Assembly: GCA_001780035.1 (NCBI GenBank)
Contig: MFEY01000008.1
Coordinates: 43,371-84,096 of the forward strand
DNA from: Candidatus Doudnabacteria bacterium RIFCSPHIGHO2_12_FULL_48_16
Lineage (GTDB): Bacteria; Patescibacteriota; Doudnabacteria; UBA920; O2-02-FULL-48-8
Direction of reading: 5' to 3'
DNA: 40,726 bases
The first letter of the stretch is position 1; every line of letters begins with the position of its first letter. Positions 8,473 through 17,756 of the stretch are shown here, in pieces. The notes beneath the pieces are model-generated. The model was not told the DNA's origin and did not search any database. It worked only from the letters and a program-made list of their open reading frames with translations. The position numbers and the translations under genes are program-made.

Positions 8473-8500
8473 GTCACTTTTCTTCTAGAAGAAAAGTGAC
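8473..8500. repeat. Perfect 28-nt palindrome just after the agmatinase stop
   Basis: GTCACTTTTCTTCT / AGAAGAAAAGTGAC form 14-nt arms with no spacer. No downstream U-tract is present. Confidence 0.8.
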
Positions 8501-8512
8501 AGAAAAGAAGTC

Positions 8513-8583
8513 GCAAACTCGCTGGACTCGCGACAAGGACAAATCTAACCGGTTTTTAGTCGCTCGAACAGCAGCGAGTTTGC
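8513..8583. other. 71-nt intergenic element closed by a 12-bp stem (unclassified structured element)
   Basis: GCAAACTCGCTG (8513-8524) pairs with CAGCGAGTTTGC (8572-8583). It is tRNA-sized but is not a tRNA (see rejected list). Confidence 0.4.
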
Positions 8584-8601
8584 ACGGAAACCAAAAACAG
8601 A

Positions 8602-8626
8602 AATGCGCCTTAGGCGTTGTTTTTTT
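8602..8626 (+). terminator. Weak intrinsic terminator
   Basis: A short GCGCC/GGCG(T) hairpin with a 3-nt loop is followed by a T7 run (8620-8626). Confidence 0.4.
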
Positions 8627-8632
8627 GCCAAT

Positions 8633-8661
8633 TTGACAATAATGCTAATAGTTATTATACT
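8633..8661 (+). promoter_or_regulatory. Near-consensus sigma70 promoter for the small ORF at 8708
   Basis: TTGACA (8633-8638), a 17-nt spacer, then TATACT (8656-8661). Confidence 0.6.
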
Positions 8662-8707
8662 CGGGCCAACAGGCCGACTTGGCCGATTCTAAAGGAGGAT
8701 ACCGAGG

Positions 8708-8974
8708 ATGGTTCGACGTTTGTTGGGTAACAGAGAAAAGACCTTTGGCGAGGTCCAGGCAATCATGCGGATGTTCGAAGCCAACACGGATACGTTTCCG
8801 GGTGACCAGAGCTACGATGATTTGCCGTTGGATCGGAAGGTTCAACTGGCCATGCAGTTCTACCAGTGTGAACGGGCGAGACTGCAGAAAGGGAAAATGG
8901 TGTTTGACATGCTGTCGCACCTGGTTCCGCTGATCGTCTCGTTGTTTGCTCTCTGGGTGAGCATGCACAAGTAG
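8708..8974 (+). CDS. Hypothetical 88-aa protein with a C-terminal hydrophobic helix
   Basis: AAAGGAGG lies 8 nt upstream of the ATG. The C-terminus LSHLVPLIVSLFALWVSM is TM-like. The gene is flanked by its own promoter and terminator. Confidence 0.5.
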   Translation: MVRRLLGNREKTFGEVQAIMRMFEANTDTFPGDQSYDDLPLDRKVQLAMQFYQCERARLQKGKMVFDMLSHLVPLIVSLFALWVSMHK

Positions 8975-8999
8975 GGCCAACGAACGAATGAGATTGTGT

Positions 9000-9037
9000 C
9001 GGAGTTCCCGCGAAGGGGACTCCGGCGTTGTTTTTTT
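9000..9037 (+). terminator. Intrinsic terminator
   Basis: CGGAGTTCCC (9000-9009) pairs with GGGGACTCCG (9015-9024) with one mismatch, followed by GCGTTG and a T7 run (9031-9037). Confidence 0.65.
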
Positions 9038-9068
9038 ATCACAATTCCGGTATAATAAGCAAGCATTT

Positions 9069-11645
<2,577 letters not shown>

Positions 11646-11697
11646 GAGCTGACAAATAGAGCCGTTTCCGTCCGCAAACTGCGGATAAAGGGAAAAA

Positions 11698-11723
11698 CCT
11701 CGTGCGATGAGCACGGGGTTTTT
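11698..11723 (+). terminator. Intrinsic terminator after secA
   Basis: CCTCGTGC (11698-11705) pairs with GCACGGGG (11711-11718) with one G-U pair, followed by TTTTT. An A-run precedes the stem. Confidence 0.65.
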
Positions 11724-11826
11724 CTATGCCAAAATCCCGATCTCGAAAAATTAACACTGCTCGTCGAAGGTCGAGGTACGCGGCACCAGAGTCCGCAAGC
11801 TTACAAAAGTTGACACAACACCGAGT

Positions 11827-12087
11827 ATGAAAAACATCACACAAGTGAAGAAAAGCATACGCGAGGAAGTTCGCGGGAAGGTCATGAAGGAGCGAATCCA
11901 AGCGGCAGCCGAAAGTCTGGCAAAAGACCTCGAAGACGATATCGCCGATGAGGTCGGCAACCTGACCGGAAAGCTGACCACTGACTTCATGGACGACGGA
12001 TCAGAGATCGAGTCGGAGCTGACGGGCTACGCATTCGATCAGATCAACGACGCCCTTCTCGGTGCGGTCAAAAGACAACTCAAATGA
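11827..12087 (+). CDS. Hypothetical acidic 86-aa protein (first gene of island)
   Basis: The ORF is followed by an ATGA-overlapped downstream gene. Residues 30-80 are rich in D/E. I recognise no motif. Confidence 0.45.
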   Translation: MKNITQVKKSIREEVRGKVMKERIQAAAESLAKDLEDDIADEVGNLTGKLTTDFMDDGSEIESELTGYAFDQINDALLGAVKRQLK

Positions 12088-12332
12088 CCACGGGTCGAAA
12101 TGCATATTACGAGCTTATGGAACGCTACGGCGGAAACATAAAAAAAGCCTCCAAAGCAGAGTTTCAGCAAGCGGCACAACGAAGCCCTAGCAGTCCGACT
12201 ATCGCACTCTACGAAGCAAGCAGGCAATTCGAGAAAGACTATCCTCGACTGGTCTGCACGGATCGCAAAGGGCTGGGATGCGACGACGAACGGTGCTATT
12301 GCAACGACCCCGACGAGCAACCAAACGTATGA
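12084..12332 (+). CDS. Hypothetical 82-aa protein, Cys-rich C-terminus
   Basis: The start overlaps the previous stop. The C-terminus reads LVCTDRKGLGCDDERCYC. Confidence 0.45.
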   Translation: MTTGRNAYYELMERYGGNIKKASKAEFQQAAQRSPSSPTIALYEASRQFEKDYPRLVCTDRKGLGCDDERCYCNDPDEQPNV

Positions 12333-12520
12333 ACGCAATAACTTACGAGCAAGCGAAGAAAACCTTCACCATAGCATCCGAAGCCATCGCCTTCCTGGTG
12401 ACCCTCGACATGCTAATCCTCTTCGCATCGCTCGCCCAAATTATGGTGGAGGGCCAGACCGGACATTGGAGTCCTTTCTGGCGGGCACAAGCGGATCTGG
12501 TGTTGAGACTCTTCACATGA
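12329..12520 (+). CDS. Hypothetical small membrane protein (63 aa)
   Basis: The ATG at 12329 forms an ATGA overlap with the upstream stop. There is one hydrophobic span, AIAFLVTLDMLILFASLAQIMV. Confidence 0.4.
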   Translation: MNAITYEQAKKTFTIASEAIAFLVTLDMLILFASLAQIMVEGQTGHWSPFWRAQADLVLRLFT

Positions 12521-12840
12521 GAGATCTCAAGCCGACCCGCGCGGTCACCTACCGCAGATACGGAACTCCCGCAGTGATCCTCGAAGGTAAATGGCTTACG
12601 GATCGCTACAAGTTGAGGATAGGTGATCGCATTGAAGTGGAGTTCCTGGACAAAGAAATACGGCTCCGGAAGTCGAACCGGGTCGCTCAGAAAAAGAAAA
12701 TCTCCCCGAAGGGAGATGATCAGCAAATTAATTCTATCAATCCACCTTCGGGCAAGTCAAATAATAATTATGAACAACCAAGTACAACCAACAGCAACGA
12801 GAGTGCGGCCGAGAGAAACAGCGAAGGAAACGACAGATAA
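12517..12840 (+). CDS. SymE/AbrB-fold (SpoVT-AbrB-like) protein
   Basis: The ATG at 12517 forms an ATGA overlap. TPAVILEGKWLTDRYKLRIGDRIEVEF resembles the E. coli SymE core [26 protein letters not shown]. The C-terminal tail is low-complexity. Confidence 0.5.
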   Translation: MRDLKPTRAVTYRRYGTPAVILEGKWLTDRYKLRIGDRIEVEFLDKEIRLRKSNRVAQKKKISPKGDDQQINSINPPSGKSNNNYEQPSTTNSNESAAERNSEGNDR

Positions 12841-14014
12841 CTTCTTCGCCCCGATCGGCAACACCAAGCCCTACTTCAAAGCAGCCTTCCAAGGCTTCGC
12901 GGGTAGCGGCAAAACATACACCGCAGCGCAGGTCGCGGTCGGACTGCACAAGCGGATAGGATCAAAAAAACCGATCGTAATCTTCGACACCGAACAAGCA
13001 TCAAAATTCCTCAAGCCGCTTTTTGCGGAAGCCGGAATCGAAGTGCTCGTCCGCGAATCGAAATCACTGGCCGACCTACGGCAGACGATGGAAAAGATGC
13101 GCTCTGGAATATCAGACATCCTTCTTATCGATTCAATCTCGCATGTATGGGAAGGATTCCTCCAATCCTACGCAGAAAAGGTTCACCGAACACGCCTGGA
13201 ATTCCAGGACTGGGGAATCATTAAGCCAACATGGAAGCGAGAATTCTCCGACCCATTCGTAAGCGATGGGTACCACGCGATCTTCACCGGCCGCGCTGGA
13301 TACGAGTACGACAACGAAAAGAATGCCGACACCGGCAAACGCGAAATCTTCAAGTCCGGAATCAAGATGAAGGTCGAAGGCGAAACCGCCTACGAACCGG
13401 ACATGCTTGTCCTCATGGAGCGCTTCGAAGAAGTGCTTGGAGACGACAAAAAGGTCTGGCGCGAAGCCACGATCATCAAAGACCGTAGCACTCTGCTCGA
13501 CGGCCGGACTTATAAAAATCCGAGCTACGAGAACTTCTCACCAATAGTCGAAGCTCTGCTCACCGATCCGATTCCAAGGGACACAGTAGTGCTTCCGGAA
13601 TCCGACACCGGCCTCCTCTTCCGCACTGAGGAAGAAAAAGCCGAATGGCGCAGAGAGCGCGACAAATGGATGGAGGAGCTGGACGGTCTCCTTATCCGCA
13701 TCGCACCCGGTGCGGTCGGCCGAGACAAGCAGCTAAAGCTCGATCTTCTTGATCGGGTATTCGGAACGACCTCAATGACAGCGATCGGAGAGCTCCGGCC
13801 CGAACGCCTCGCAGAAGGCTACAAGAAGCTGGGTCTCGAAGCCGTGTCGATGGGCATTGCGGAAATTGTAGAACTCCCAGATGGGCGCAAGCGTCTAGTC
13901 TCAAAATTGCCTCCTAATGGCAATGGAAACGGAAATGGGAATGGGCACTCCCATACCGAAGAAAGGTCGAAGCCCGCTCCGGCCCCGGCAAAGAAAGGAG
14001 CTAAGAAAAAATAA
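12770..14014 (+). CDS. AAA_24-type (Sak4-like) phage ATPase, recombination-associated
   Basis: Walker A is FAGSGKTYTAA and Walker B is ILLIDSISHVWE. The C-terminal linker contains (NG)5 and a Lys-rich tail. The start is uncertain: ATG 12770 overlaps the upstream gene by 71 nt, and GTG 12803 is an alternative. Confidence 0.65.
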   Translation: MNNQVQPTATRVRPRETAKETTDNFFAPIGNTKPYFKAAFQGFAGSGKTYTAAQVAVGLHKRIGSKKPIVIFDTEQASKFLKPLFAEAGIEVLVRESKSLADLRQTMEKMRSGISDILLIDSISHVWEGFLQSYAEKVHRTRLEFQDWGIIKPTWKREFSDPFVSDGYHAIFTGRAGYEYDNEKNADTGKREIFKSGIKMKVEGETAYEPDMLVLMERFEEVLGDDKKVWREATIIKDRSTLLDGRTYKNPSYENFSPIVEALLTDPIPRDTVVLPESDTGLLFRTEEEKAEWRRERDKWMEELDGLLIRIAPGAVGRDKQLKLDLLDRVFGTTSMTAIGELRPERLAEGYKKLGLEAVSMGIAEIVELPDGRKRLVSKLPPNGNGNGNGNGHSHTEERSKPAPAPAKKGAKKK

Positions 14015-14023
14015 CCAGCGTTA

Positions 14024-14073
14024 GCTTCCGACTCTGCCCTCATCGCGGAAGCGTGAGGTCAGAGATCGGAAGC
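14024..14073. repeat. Copy 1 of a roughly 50-nt imperfect palindromic hairpin element
   Basis: GCTTCCGA/TCGGAAGC, CTCTG/CAGAG and CCTCA/TGAGG are nested stems. The element is homologous to the one at 14754-14804. Confidence 0.7.
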
Positions 14074-14098
14074 CAACAAAGGACCAAACCAACATCTT

Positions 14099-14473
14099 AT
14101 GGGAATAGACATCTACGCGCGCTGGAAAGACCAGACGCCCAAGCAAAAGAAAAAGCAGATCACTGGCTTCTCGGTGGAGCACGGCAATGTCGGCTATCTG
14201 CGTGAAGCGTATCGGGGGGAGCACTTTGCAACTCGATACCTATGCCGCGAAGCCTTCGGGAAAAGTAACGAAGCAAAAATTCCAGCCAAGCTCCTACGTG
14301 AACGATTACCAAGAGCTCTCAAAGTGGTCGAACAACGAGAGCGGACAATTTATAAGCAAACGGATCAAAAGCAAATCGACAAAGTGAAGCAAAGCTTTGT
14401 GGACTTCGTGGAACTCTGCGAACGGAAAGAGAAAGAAACCGGAGAGCCATGCACGATCGTCGCCAACTACTAG
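14099..14473 (+). CDS. Hypothetical 124-aa phage protein
   Basis: A clean ORF between the two hairpin elements. I recognise no motif. Confidence 0.5.
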   Translation: MGIDIYARWKDQTPKQKKKQITGFSVEHGNVGYLREAYRGEHFATRYLCREAFGKSNEAKIPAKLLRERLPRALKVVEQRERTIYKQTDQKQIDKVKQSFVDFVELCERKEKETGEPCTIVANY

Positions 14474-14475
14474 CT

Positions 14476-14751
14476 ATGAAATACGCATTCAACCTCGAAT
14501 GGAACGAGCTTTCAGAAGAACTAAGGGAAGCAAAAATCCGAGAGTACATCCTCGCAGGAGACAAACGTGACTGCGAAGAATGCGACGGCGTAGGAGAGAT
14601 TCCTACGGCAATGGAGCGAGGCGACATAAAAACCAGCAAGCCATGCAGCCACTGCAGTGGAACCGGCCGAGTCAACCCTGACCCGGACGACCTACACCAG
14701 CAAGAGGAAGCAGAGGAAGACATCCGAATTCACTTCCCGATTTACTTCTAA
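14476..14751 (+). CDS. Small protein with DnaJ-type CxxCxGxG zinc-finger repeats
   Basis: CEECDGVG and CSHCSGTG match the DnaJ cysteine-rich repeat pattern. The ATG is at 14476, directly after the upstream stop. Confidence 0.5.
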   Translation: MKYAFNLEWNELSEELREAKIREYILAGDKRDCEECDGVGEIPTAMERGDIKTSKPCSHCSGTGRVNPDPDDLHQQEEAEEDIRIHFPIYF

Positions 14752-14753
14752 CG

Positions 14754-14804
14754 GCTCTCGATTCTGTCCTGACCGCGAGAGCGTCAGGCCAGAAATCGGG
14801 GAGC
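14754..14804. repeat. Copy 2 of the roughly 50-nt hairpin element
   Basis: This copy aligns position-for-position with 14024-14073 at about three quarters identity. Substitutions in the stem are paired (CCTCA/TGAGG versus CCTGA/TCAGG). Confidence 0.7.
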
Positions 14805-14829
14805 TGTTTCCCTTTCGCCAAACAAAAAC

Positions 14830-15774
14830 ATGGACAACGAAATAACCTCAATAATTCCAAATTCGACTCAAATCCCGCACCTCATTATCCGGGAGTGGAT
14901 GCCACTCCTGAGCGATGTAGAGCTGAGGATTCTTCTTGTCGTTGCAGACCAGACGTTGGGATGGATTGAGGACCCTGAAACAAAACGCCGCAAAGAGAAA
15001 GATTGGATTAGTCAGGGGTTGCTGATGAGGAAAATAAACCGAAGCGATCGAGCCATTCAAAACTCACTCAAGAGATTGGTAGATGATCTGAGGATTATTC
15101 AGGCTCACGACGAAGCGGGTGAACTCCTAGACTCGCCACAAAAACGTATGAAATGCGGAGGAAAAATCTTTTACCGCCTGAGCCTTAAACGGCCTCAACA
15201 ACCCACCCCCGAAATAAGTTCGGGGGCAGAAAAAACCTCAAACTTTTTACCTCCCCCGAAAAATCTTCGTGCGAAAAATTTTCGGGCTACAAAAGAAACC
15301 AGTATTACAAAAGATAAGTCCTTCGGACAAGCAAGCTTGGTCCAAGAATTTAAAAGGGATGTGGACAAGCCTGTGGATAAACCAACCCTACCAACGCGTT
15401 ACTTCTTCGGAAAATTCTCTCAGCTCACCTGGGGCATTCGGCATACTCGGCCGATCTTCGTGAAATTCAAAGACGGCAATCTGCTCAAGCATGCACTCGG
15501 CCACTTAACAGAATTCCAACTTGAGCTGGAGCTCGTGTGGTTTTTGCAAAACAAACGAGAGATGAAGCCGACAATCGGTGCGGCTTTATGCAAAGAAGTC
15601 ATCGAAGATTTTATACAAGCCAGTTTCAAGGAGTACGGATTCTACAACACGCTAGAGCGAACCGCACTGCAGTATAGCAGGCGCGAACCGGAAGAAGTCC
15701 GTGGCGAAACTGCCGCAATGGTCGAAGCGCTGAAGAAATTGAAAGACTCATTTTCAATGAGACAAAGCATATGA
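14830..15774 (+). CDS. Phage replication initiator, RepO-like N-terminal winged-helix
   Basis: IPHLIIREWMPLLSDVELRILLVVADQTLGWIEDP...WISQGLLMRKINRSDRAIQNSLKRL matches the pattern of the lambda O N-terminal domain family. Confidence 0.55.
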   Translation: MDNEITSIIPNSTQIPHLIIREWMPLLSDVELRILLVVADQTLGWIEDPETKRRKEKDWISQGLLMRKINRSDRAIQNSLKRLVDDLRIIQAHDEAGELLDSPQKRMKCGGKIFYRLSLKRPQQPTPEISSGAEKTSNFLPPPKNLRAKNFRATKETSITKDKSFGQASLVQEFKRDVDKPVDKPTLPTRYFFGKFSQLTWGIRHTRPIFVKFKDGNLLKHALGHLTEFQLELELVWFLQNKREMKPTIGAALCKEVIEDFIQASFKEYGFYNTLERTALQYSRREPEEVRGETAAMVEALKKLKDSFSMRQSI

Positions 15775-17006
15775 GACACATCGATTTATTTTCAGGCATC
15801 GGCGGATTCGCTTTGGCGATCGAAAAGGTGTGGCCGAATTCCGATCACATCTTTTGCGACAACGATTCTTACTGTCAAAAATTACTAAAACTAAGATTCC
15901 AAAATTCAAAAATCTATGGCGACATCAAAGAAATCAAATCTATTACCGACTCCGACTGGCTCGGACTACAAAAGCAGGGGCAAAAACAGCAAACAAATAG
16001 GAGTAGACAATTATTTAAAGTCGATATCCTCACAGGAGGATTCCCATGCCAGCCATTCTCTCAAGCTGGAAAAAGACGGGGGACAAGTGATGACCGTTAT
16101 CTCTGGCCGGAAATGCTTCGAATCATTCGACTCACGAATCCGAGATGGGTCATCGCTGAAAACGTGCGTGGGTTACTTACTATGCAAAACGGGTTGGTAT
16201 TCGAACAAGTGTGCGTTGACCTGGAAGCCTCCGGCTACGAAGTCCAGCCGCTTATTATTCCAGCTGTCGCCGTCAACGCTCCGCATCGAAGGGACCGGAT
16301 CTGGTTTATTGCTCACGCCATCAGCGATCCAGCCTATCGAAAGAAAAAAAGCGGAAAGCTATCTAAAGCGCCAAATAAACAGAAACAAGACAGGTCGCAA
16401 TACAGTCCCGCCCGGCAATCTTTACGAGCAACTCTTGGCGGGGGGAGCAACCGATCTAAGGAAGACATCATTATGGCCCGCGCTTTTAGGAACACCGAAA
16501 GCTCAAGACAGTCGAGCAGCAATGAGAGATCGAGGAAAACACAATATGGGGGAACAAGTTCAGGAAGCTATCAACGCGCTACTTCCCACGCCACGGGTAA
16601 GCGAGGTCGAGGGGTCACCAGTAAAGAACGCGGAATTAAAGAATGGGCGATGGAGCAGGATGAATCAAAAGGGCGTGAGATTTGGAGTAAAGGTGAAAGA
16701 CGTGTTGGCAGTATTGCCCACGCCACGAGCGGGGAATCCGGGAAGCAGGCCAAACAAAAAAGGTGGAAAAATTTTGAACGAAGAAATTGGGAAAGGAACT
16801 GGCTTGAAGTTGCAACCGAGCTTTGTGGAATGGATGATGGGCTACCCGCAAAACTGGACGAATTTGAATTATCAAAATCAAGACATCGGATAGAGAGACT
16901 TAAGGCTCTAGGAAATGCAATCGTGCCGCAAGTCGCGGCAAGGATCATGGAAGCGATAAAAAAGACAGAAGAAAACCTTGGCCTCACTCGAAGCATTCGG
17001 AATTGA
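15771..17006 (+). CDS. DNA (cytosine-5)-methyltransferase (frame A); the central region is atypical
   Basis: Motif I is DLFSGIGGF, motif IV is GGFPCQPFSQAGKRRG, motif VI is ENVRGL, motif VIII is APHRRDRIWFIA and motif X is LKALGNAIVPQV. The roughly 170 codons between motifs VIII and X are K/R/S/G/Q/E-rich and poor in hydrophobic residues. Confidence 0.8.
   Translation: MRHIDLFSGIGGFALAIEKVWPNSDHIFCDNDSYCQKLLKLRFQNSKIYGDIKEIKSITDSDWLGLQKQGQKQQTNRSRQLFKVDILTGGFPCQPFSQAGKRRGTSDDRYLWPEMLRIIRLTNPRWVIAENVRGLLTMQNGLVFEQVCVDLEASGYEVQPLIIPAVAVNAPHRRDRIWFIAHAISDPAYRKKKSGKLSKAPNKQKQDRSQYSPARQSLRATLGGGSNRSKEDIIMARAFRNTESSRQSSSNERSRKTQYGGTSSGSYQRATSHATGKRGRGVTSKERGIKEWAMEQDESKGREIWSKGERRVGSIAHATSGESGKQAKQKRWKNFERRNWERNWLEVATELCGMDDGLPAKLDEFELSKSRHRIERLKALGNAIVPQVAARIMEAIKKTEENLGLTRSIRN
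15916..16893 (+). CDS. 325-codon +1-frame ORF nested in the C5-MTase gene (frame B); possible TRD-bearing or overprinted product
   Basis: The ATG sits in an A/T-rich context without a Shine-Dalgarno site, like other starts in this window. The frame has five spaced [LV]L[PLG]TP motifs and a C-terminal FVEWMMGYPQNWT. Its composition is protein-like where frame A is low-complexity. Confidence 0.4.
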   Translation: MATSKKSNLLPTPTGSDYKSRGKNSKQIGVDNYLKSISSQEDSHASHSLKLEKDGGQVMTVISGRKCFESFDSRIRDGSSLKTCVGYLLCKTGWYSNKCALTWKPPATKSSRLLFQLSPSTLRIEGTGSGLLLTPSAIQPIERKKAESYLKRQINRNKTGRNTVPPGNLYEQLLAGGATDLRKTSLWPALLGTPKAQDSRAAMRDRGKHNMGEQVQEAINALLPTPRVSEVEGSPVKNAELKNGRWSRMNQKGVRFGVKVKDVLAVLPTPRAGNPGSRPNKKGGKILNEEIGKGTGLKLQPSFVEWMMGYPQNWTNLNYQNQDIG

Positions 17007-17102
17007 ATGTCCGGATTTTTCGAGTGGGGCTAACCCACTGTTCGCCTGAGGTCGACAGGCGGTCAAGAAAAGATAAAGAAATTATAAAGAAAAGTTAAAG
17101 CT

Positions 17103-17384
17103 ATGGAACAAGATCAGAATTTACTCGAAACGATTCTACGGGCAATCGTCAATCACCCTGAACAGGTGGAAGTGACAAGGCACGTAGACGAGATGGGCGT
17201 GCTCCTCTCGGCGAAGCTTGGCGAGGGCGATGCGGGAATCGTGATCGGCAAAGAAGGACGGGCTATCAAAGCCATCCGTTCGGTCATGAACCTCGTCGGC
17301 CGCAGAAGCAAAGCTCGTGTCAGTGTTCGGCTCAACGTCCCGGATCTGCCTCGCAATGAGGGATCAGAGTCGGCCTCGGCCTAA
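17103..17384 (+). CDS. KH-domain RNA-binding protein (UPF0109/KhpA-like)
   Basis: 93 aa. ILRAIVNHPEQVEV...AGIVIGKEGRAIKAIRSVMN contains the GxxG KH signature (GKEG). Confidence 0.7.
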   Translation: MEQDQNLLETILRAIVNHPEQVEVTRHVDEMGVLLSAKLGEGDAGIVIGKEGRAIKAIRSVMNLVGRRSKARVSVRLNVPDLPRNEGSESASA

Positions 17385-17450
17385 CAACACATCGGCGACC
17401 CCGCCGCTACGAACGGGACAAAGACACAAAACCCGTTAACTTAAACAGCT

Positions 17451-17756
17451 ATGAACCGTACCCAAAAAGGAAAAATCATTGAACAAAAAGCACAGGCCCT
17501 TCTCGCTCAGGATGGCTACTGGATCGAGAAGGCTCGGCGCGCCAAGTTCCAACAGCAAGACCTATTCGGGTGCTGGGACTTGATGGCTGTCGGCAAAAAA
17601 GAGATTCGCTTTATTCAGGTTAGCTCGGAGCGCTTCAGTTCCAGGTCGAGAGCAGACCAAGAGCGAATGCTCGCATTCCCCAGGCCCGTAAATACCACAA
17701 AAGAATACTGGCGGTGGAATGAAAAGACGGACAAGTTCGAAATTATAACGCTATGA
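17451..17756 (+). CDS. Small PD-(D/E)XK-like nuclease (possible Holliday-junction resolvase)
   Basis: 101 aa. The E...QQDLFGCWDLMAV...IRFIQVS layout resembles a restriction-endonuclease-fold core, but the canonical Lys is not obvious. Confidence 0.3.
   Translation: MNRTQKGKIIEQKAQALLAQDGYWIEKARRAKFQQQDLFGCWDLMAVGKKEIRFIQVSSERFSSRSRADQERMLAFPRPVNTTKEYWRWNEKTDKFEIITL

Noticed and set aside
8513-8583. Possible tRNA or tRNA remnant (71 nt, 7-bp acceptor-like closure, GCTCGAA T-loop-like segment)
   Set aside because: The closing stem is 12 bp, with no separate D-arm. The only candidate anticodon hairpin has the loop CCGGTTT, with C rather than U at position 33 and only a 4-bp stem. The T-loop also deviates from GTTCRA. 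It is not a functional tRNA by eye, so I kept it only as an unclassified structured element.
8988-9068. N-terminal 27-codon extension of secA suggested by the ORF track
   Set aside because: The extension would be translated across a terminator hairpin and T7 run (9000-9037). The conserved SecA N-terminus begins at the ATG at 9069.
11650-11830. Attachment-site direct repeats for the phage island, compared with 21811-22092 and 23461-23602
   Set aside because: By eye, only short shared strings such as CAAACTGC (8 nt) were found. That is not significant, so the island boundaries remain undefined.
12623-12769. Upstream extension of the AAA_24 ATPase ORF (the track start is 12623)
   Set aside because: It would overlap the SymE-like gene by more than 200 nt and would add Ser/Arg/Lys-rich sequence upstream of the conserved Walker A region.
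13916-13945. (AAT GGN)5 repeat encoding NGNGNGNGNG in the ATPase C-terminal linker, considered as a phase-variation tract
   Set aside because: The units are 6 nt, in-frame and imperfect at the nucleotide level. It most likely encodes a flexible low-complexity linker and not a slippage switch.
16571-16996. Two minus-strand ORFs (141 and 81 aa) antisense to the methyltransferase gene
   Set aside because: This stretch is T-poor on the + strand, which depletes stop codons in all six frames. The translations are Ser/Pro/Phe-rich and do not look like proteins. I noted this as a caveat for the dual-frame finding.
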